NCBI GenBank assembly: GCA_963514005.1
Contig: OY740782.1
Span: 135,842,001 to 135,906,000, forward strand
Length of the DNA: 64,000 nucleotides
DNA from: Raja brachyura
Lineage: Eukaryota
Direction: 5' to 3'
The notes under the pieces were generated by a model, which saw only the letters and a list, made by a program, of their open reading frames with translations, was not told the origin of the DNA and made no database searches. Within the stretch, counting starts at the first letter, position 1, and each line of letters opens with the position of its first letter. A program made the position numbers and the translations under genes. Below are positions 59,818 to 64,000 of the stretch, one piece after another.

Positions 59818-60452
59818 TTTTGGTGTGCTGGCCTTTATAAATCAGAGCATTGAATTTAGGATTAGGGAAGTAATGGTTAACATTGTACAAGGCATTGGTA
59901 AGACCAATTCTGGAGTATGGTGTACAATTTTGGTCGCCTAATTATAGGAAGGAATGTCAACAAAATAGAGAGAGTACAGAGGAGATTTACTAGAATGTTG
60001 CCTGGGTTCCAGCAACTAAGTTACAGAGAAAAGTTGAACAAGTTAGGTCTTTATTCTTTGGAGCGCAGAAGGTTAAGGGGGGACTTGATTGAGGTCTTTA
60101 AAATGATGAAAGGGATACAGTTGACGTGGATAAGCTTTTCCCATTGAGGGTAGGGAAGATTCAAACAAGAGGGCATGACATGAGAATTAAGGGACAGAAG
60201 TTTAGGGGTAACATGAGGGGGAACTTCTTTTCTCAGAGAGTGGTGGCTGTGTGGAATGATCTTCCAGCAGAAGTGGTGGAGGAAGGATCGATTTTAACAT
60301 TTAAAAGTAAAGTGGATAGGTATATGGACGGGAAGGGAATGGAGGGGTATGGTCTGAGTGCAGGTAGATGGGACTAGGGGAAAATAAATGTTCGGTACGG
60401 ACTGGAAGGGCCGAGAGGGCCTGTTTCCGTGCTGTAATTGTTATATGGTTAT
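59818..60452 (+). mobile_element. CR1 3' fragment
   Basis: IERVQRRFTRMLPGFQQLSYREKLNKLGLYSLERRRLRGDL...GYGLSAGRWD* and tail. Confidence 0.88.
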
Positions 60453-61373
60453 AATACAAGTCTCTCTTTGTTCCTGATCGGCATCATCTATTCTCCTAAT
60501 AGAGCTGCCAGTCTTGCAACACTATCCAGGATTCTCCAGGGATGGGAAATCCTGCAGGGCAGAGGTGCAGGCAACCCAGGGGAAAAATAAAAGCAACATA
60601 AAAAATTATTTACTCCCACGTTTTAATTTTCTGGTTGTGAAAATATTGGTGCTGGGGGACAAGTTAGCTAGCAACCAAGAACAATAATAAGGTAGTATAG
60701 AATCTATTCCCTTTGCCATGGGCATTTGGCAGTAGGGCCAATTACATTATTATGTGGTAGGATTAGTTTCAGGAATGATATCCTAGAAAATGCATAGCTG
60801 GAGTCGGCAACCCCATACCTTAGCCCTGCCATCAATTTCAGTGTTCATAAATGATAGGAGCAGAATTTGGCCATTTGGCCCATCAAGTCTACTGTGCCAT
60901 TCAATCATGGCCGATCTATCTCTCCTTCTCAGCCCCATTCTCCTGCCTTCTCCCCATAACCCGTGACACCCGTAATAATCAAGAATCTATATATCTCTGC
61001 CTTAAAAATATCAATTACTTGGCCTCCACACCCTTCCATGGCATTGAATTTCACATTATGGAATTATAGTGCTGTGCAATTTGATATTGGTGAATCAGTT
61101 GAGTACACATGTGGCACAGGCTTTGTGCCTGTCTTTTCTTGGATGCTTGTATACTGGCTAACTTCAGCAAACTAGAATAAAGTGAAGTGAGATAAATTAA
61201 CAGCACAACACGCCACAGCCACTACCATTACCCCAAGTAGGAAGCAAGAAATAATTTAAAAAAACTTGCATTCCTATTGCCCTCTTCGTAGCTCAGAAGT
61301 AATGAGGTGAAAAGAGCAATGTTTTTGCAGACAATTGTAATAAATCTTGGAAACCTATATGAACAAAGCAAGA

Positions 61374-61920
61374 GTCATAGTGTCATGGAGTGATACAGTG
61401 TGGAAACAGGCCCTTCGGCCCAACTTGTCCTCACGGGCCAACATGTCCCAGCTACTCTAGTCCCACCTGCCTGTGTTTGGCCCATATCCCTCCAAACCTG
61501 TCCTATCCATGTACCTGTCTGACTGTTTCTTAAATGTTGGGATAGTCCCTGCTTCAACTACCTCCTCTGACATCTTGTTTCATACATCCACCACCCTTTG
61601 TGTGAAAACGTTACCCCTCAGATTCCTATTAAATATTTTCCACTTCACCTTAAACCTATGTCTTCTGGTCCTCGATTCACCTACTCTGGGCAAGAGACTC
61701 TTTGCATCTATCGGATCTATTCGTCTCATGATTTTACACACCTCAATAAGATCACACCACATCCTCCTGTGCTCAAAGGAATAGAGATCCAGCCTACTCA
61801 AACTCTCCCTATAGCTCAGGCCCTCTAGCCATGGCATCATCCTTGTAAATCTTCTCTGTACCCTTTCCAGCTTGACAACATCTTTTCTATAACAAGGTGC
61901 CCAGAAGTGAACACAATAAG
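61374..61920 (-). mobile_element. CR1 3' fragment
   Basis: YCVHFWAPCYRKDVVKLERVQRRFTRMMP...RVVDV and a GGGCCGAAGGGCCTGTTTCC tail. Confidence 0.82.
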
Positions 61921-64000
61921 TCATAGAGTGGTAATGATCTAGTAACCAGGTTGGATACCAGTATAAGTTCCATCTCAGCGTTGTGTTGTGCCAGGGTCTC
62001 TTTAAAGCTCATTTAAGAGTGCTGGTGGAGCCTCTGATGGCGTCATCTAAAGCAGAGTTTGTCTCCCCGAGCACCATAGCACTGCTCTGGCATGCAGTCA
62101 AGATTACTTTTTAACATTTCAAAGAAACAAACTATAAATGACCAGAAGGTGAAATCTACGATTTATAAGAGTTTTTTTTTATAAGAATCTCATTAAGATT
62201 GCACTGGATTAAAAAAGTTATACATAACAAAAAATAATGCCAAATGTATCCAAGTCACTAGATTTGTGGCTCCCTATCTAGTGAAGTTAAAGCCCATTGG
62301 TCTGGAGGAAATTTGAATTGGGAAGTAGTTTTGCTGAACGTATTTGGGCATCATGATTTCCACCCTGTGTTGTCCAAGAGTTAAGCTTATTGATTCTTAG
62401 GATGTTGGCATCAGCTAACAAAGCCACCGTTTATTGTCTTTCCTTAAGTTTCCTCAAGAAGGTTGTGGTCAGGTAAATTCTAGCTTGAACAGCTGCTGTT
62501 GGAAGGTGAATGGACCCCAACTATGTTATTAGATAGCTTCCTTGATTTGGATAGACACAAAATGCTGGAGTCACTCAGTGGAACAGGCAGCATCTCTGGA
62601 TAGAAGAATGGGTGATGTTTCAGGTTGAGACCTTTCTTTTGTTCTTGATTTGGTGCACACAAAAGGAGCAGTAACATATGGCCAAATCAGAACAGTGTGC
62701 GATGTGCAGGCACCCATATGCCTGTTGACATTGTCTCTTTTGGATGATAGAAGTTGCAGGTATTGGACTTGCTCGGTCTGAAGCTTGGATGGATTAGTAT
62801 GATACATCCTTACTCAGTGCATTCTGTGGCCATGGTGCACTGGCAATGGGGAATATGGTTGCTTAAGGTGGTTTTCAACAGACCACACGCATTATTCTAG
62901 ATGTACAAAGACAGCATATTAAGACATAAATACAGAGCACTAAGCAACCACAAGAGTAGCAATCCTCATCCCTTCCATATACATTTTCAGACCTTAACTC
63001 TGTTGCAATATGAAAATGCCCAGCATAGGATACAGATAGGGTTATGCAGCAGCTCGGTGGGCTTGTAATCTACTACAAGTTCCCTGTCAGTATCTGAGAA
63101 CAGCACCAGCAATCAGCAGGGAATGCATGGCAAAGCTCAAGATAGGTATAGCACACAAAACATATTGTTCAGCATCTCATTTGGTGAAAACTTGCAAAAG
63201 ACCAAAATGCCTTGCTCTCTCCCCACAAATCTGCCTCAAATATTGTATCTATTTTGTCCCTTATAGGTACGTCTGTCCTAGTCCCTCAACACACTCTTCA
63301 AAACCTTCATCTTTAGGAGACTGCTCCTAAATCTCTCCTCATTCTCATTGTGAGCAGACAATCTCATCACTGATACTCCAGACCAGAGAACTAGGCTTCA
63401 TTGAGTTCATAAGTTCATAAGAGCAGAATTAGGCCATTCGGCCCATCAAATCAACTCTGCGATTCAAACATGGCTGATCTATCTTTCCTTCTCAACCACA
63501 TTCTCCTGCCTTCTCTCCGTAGCCTTTGATCCCCTTATTAATCAAGAACCTGACACTCCTCCATAAAAAAAACCCAATGACTTGGCCTCCACAGCCAAAT
63601 TGTACAGATTCACCTCCCTCTGTCAAATCTGAATAGAGTTTGGAAAACTCACTTGTCCTGAGACATTAGAGTCAAGTTCACCCACACCACCTGCTTGAGT
63701 GAAACATCTGTCCCTTGAAGAAGTTGCCTAGAGTGGATCCTATTTAAAGCAATGTGGGGATTTTAAAGGTTGCCAGATTAATCAAACTTTCTAAGAGCAC
63801 CCACCGTCCAGCCGAGCACAGGTAATGAACTGCCTAGAGGGTTACGTATTTTCCAACATAACAGAGTTGTGTCTTATTGCCTACCAAATGCTGTAATTCT
63901 CGATCTGAAGGTTCTACCTGAGAGATTGAAGACAAACAATTGCAAATGTGGGCAATAGACGCCACAAATGACAGAAGATGTTTAATGCCGATCAACCAGC

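Overview
Eukaryotic, repeat-rich vertebrate DNA, most likely from a cartilaginous fish (skate/ray). This is inferred from HE1/V-SINE-type tRNA-derived SINEs that share 3' tails with CR1-clade LINEs. The window appears to lie inside a minus-strand delta-catenin gene (CTNND2). Two armadillo-repeat exons (37702-37834 and 5852-6065) have clean GT-AG boundaries and splice in frame across a ~31.6 kb intron. The introns hold: two DIRS1-type tyrosine-recombinase retrotransposons with complete ITR/ICR termini and ATT integration cores; many CR1 LINEs (one with an open 870-aa ORF2, one near-full-length nested copy with an esterase ORF1); V-SINEs; PIF/Harbinger MITEs; Penelope remnants with minimal hammerhead-like cores; and two related non-autonomous Helitrons. 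Best candidates for something new: (1) a Helitron that appears to have captured the first coding exon of ALG13, with Kozak ATG, splice donor and GC-rich upstream region, co-oriented inside CTNND2; (2) three different Harbinger MITEs inserted at the identical TTA/TAA of three separate SINE copies; (3) many Penelope-type hammerhead cores arranged as fold-back pairs. All calls come from reading the sequence; no database searches were run.
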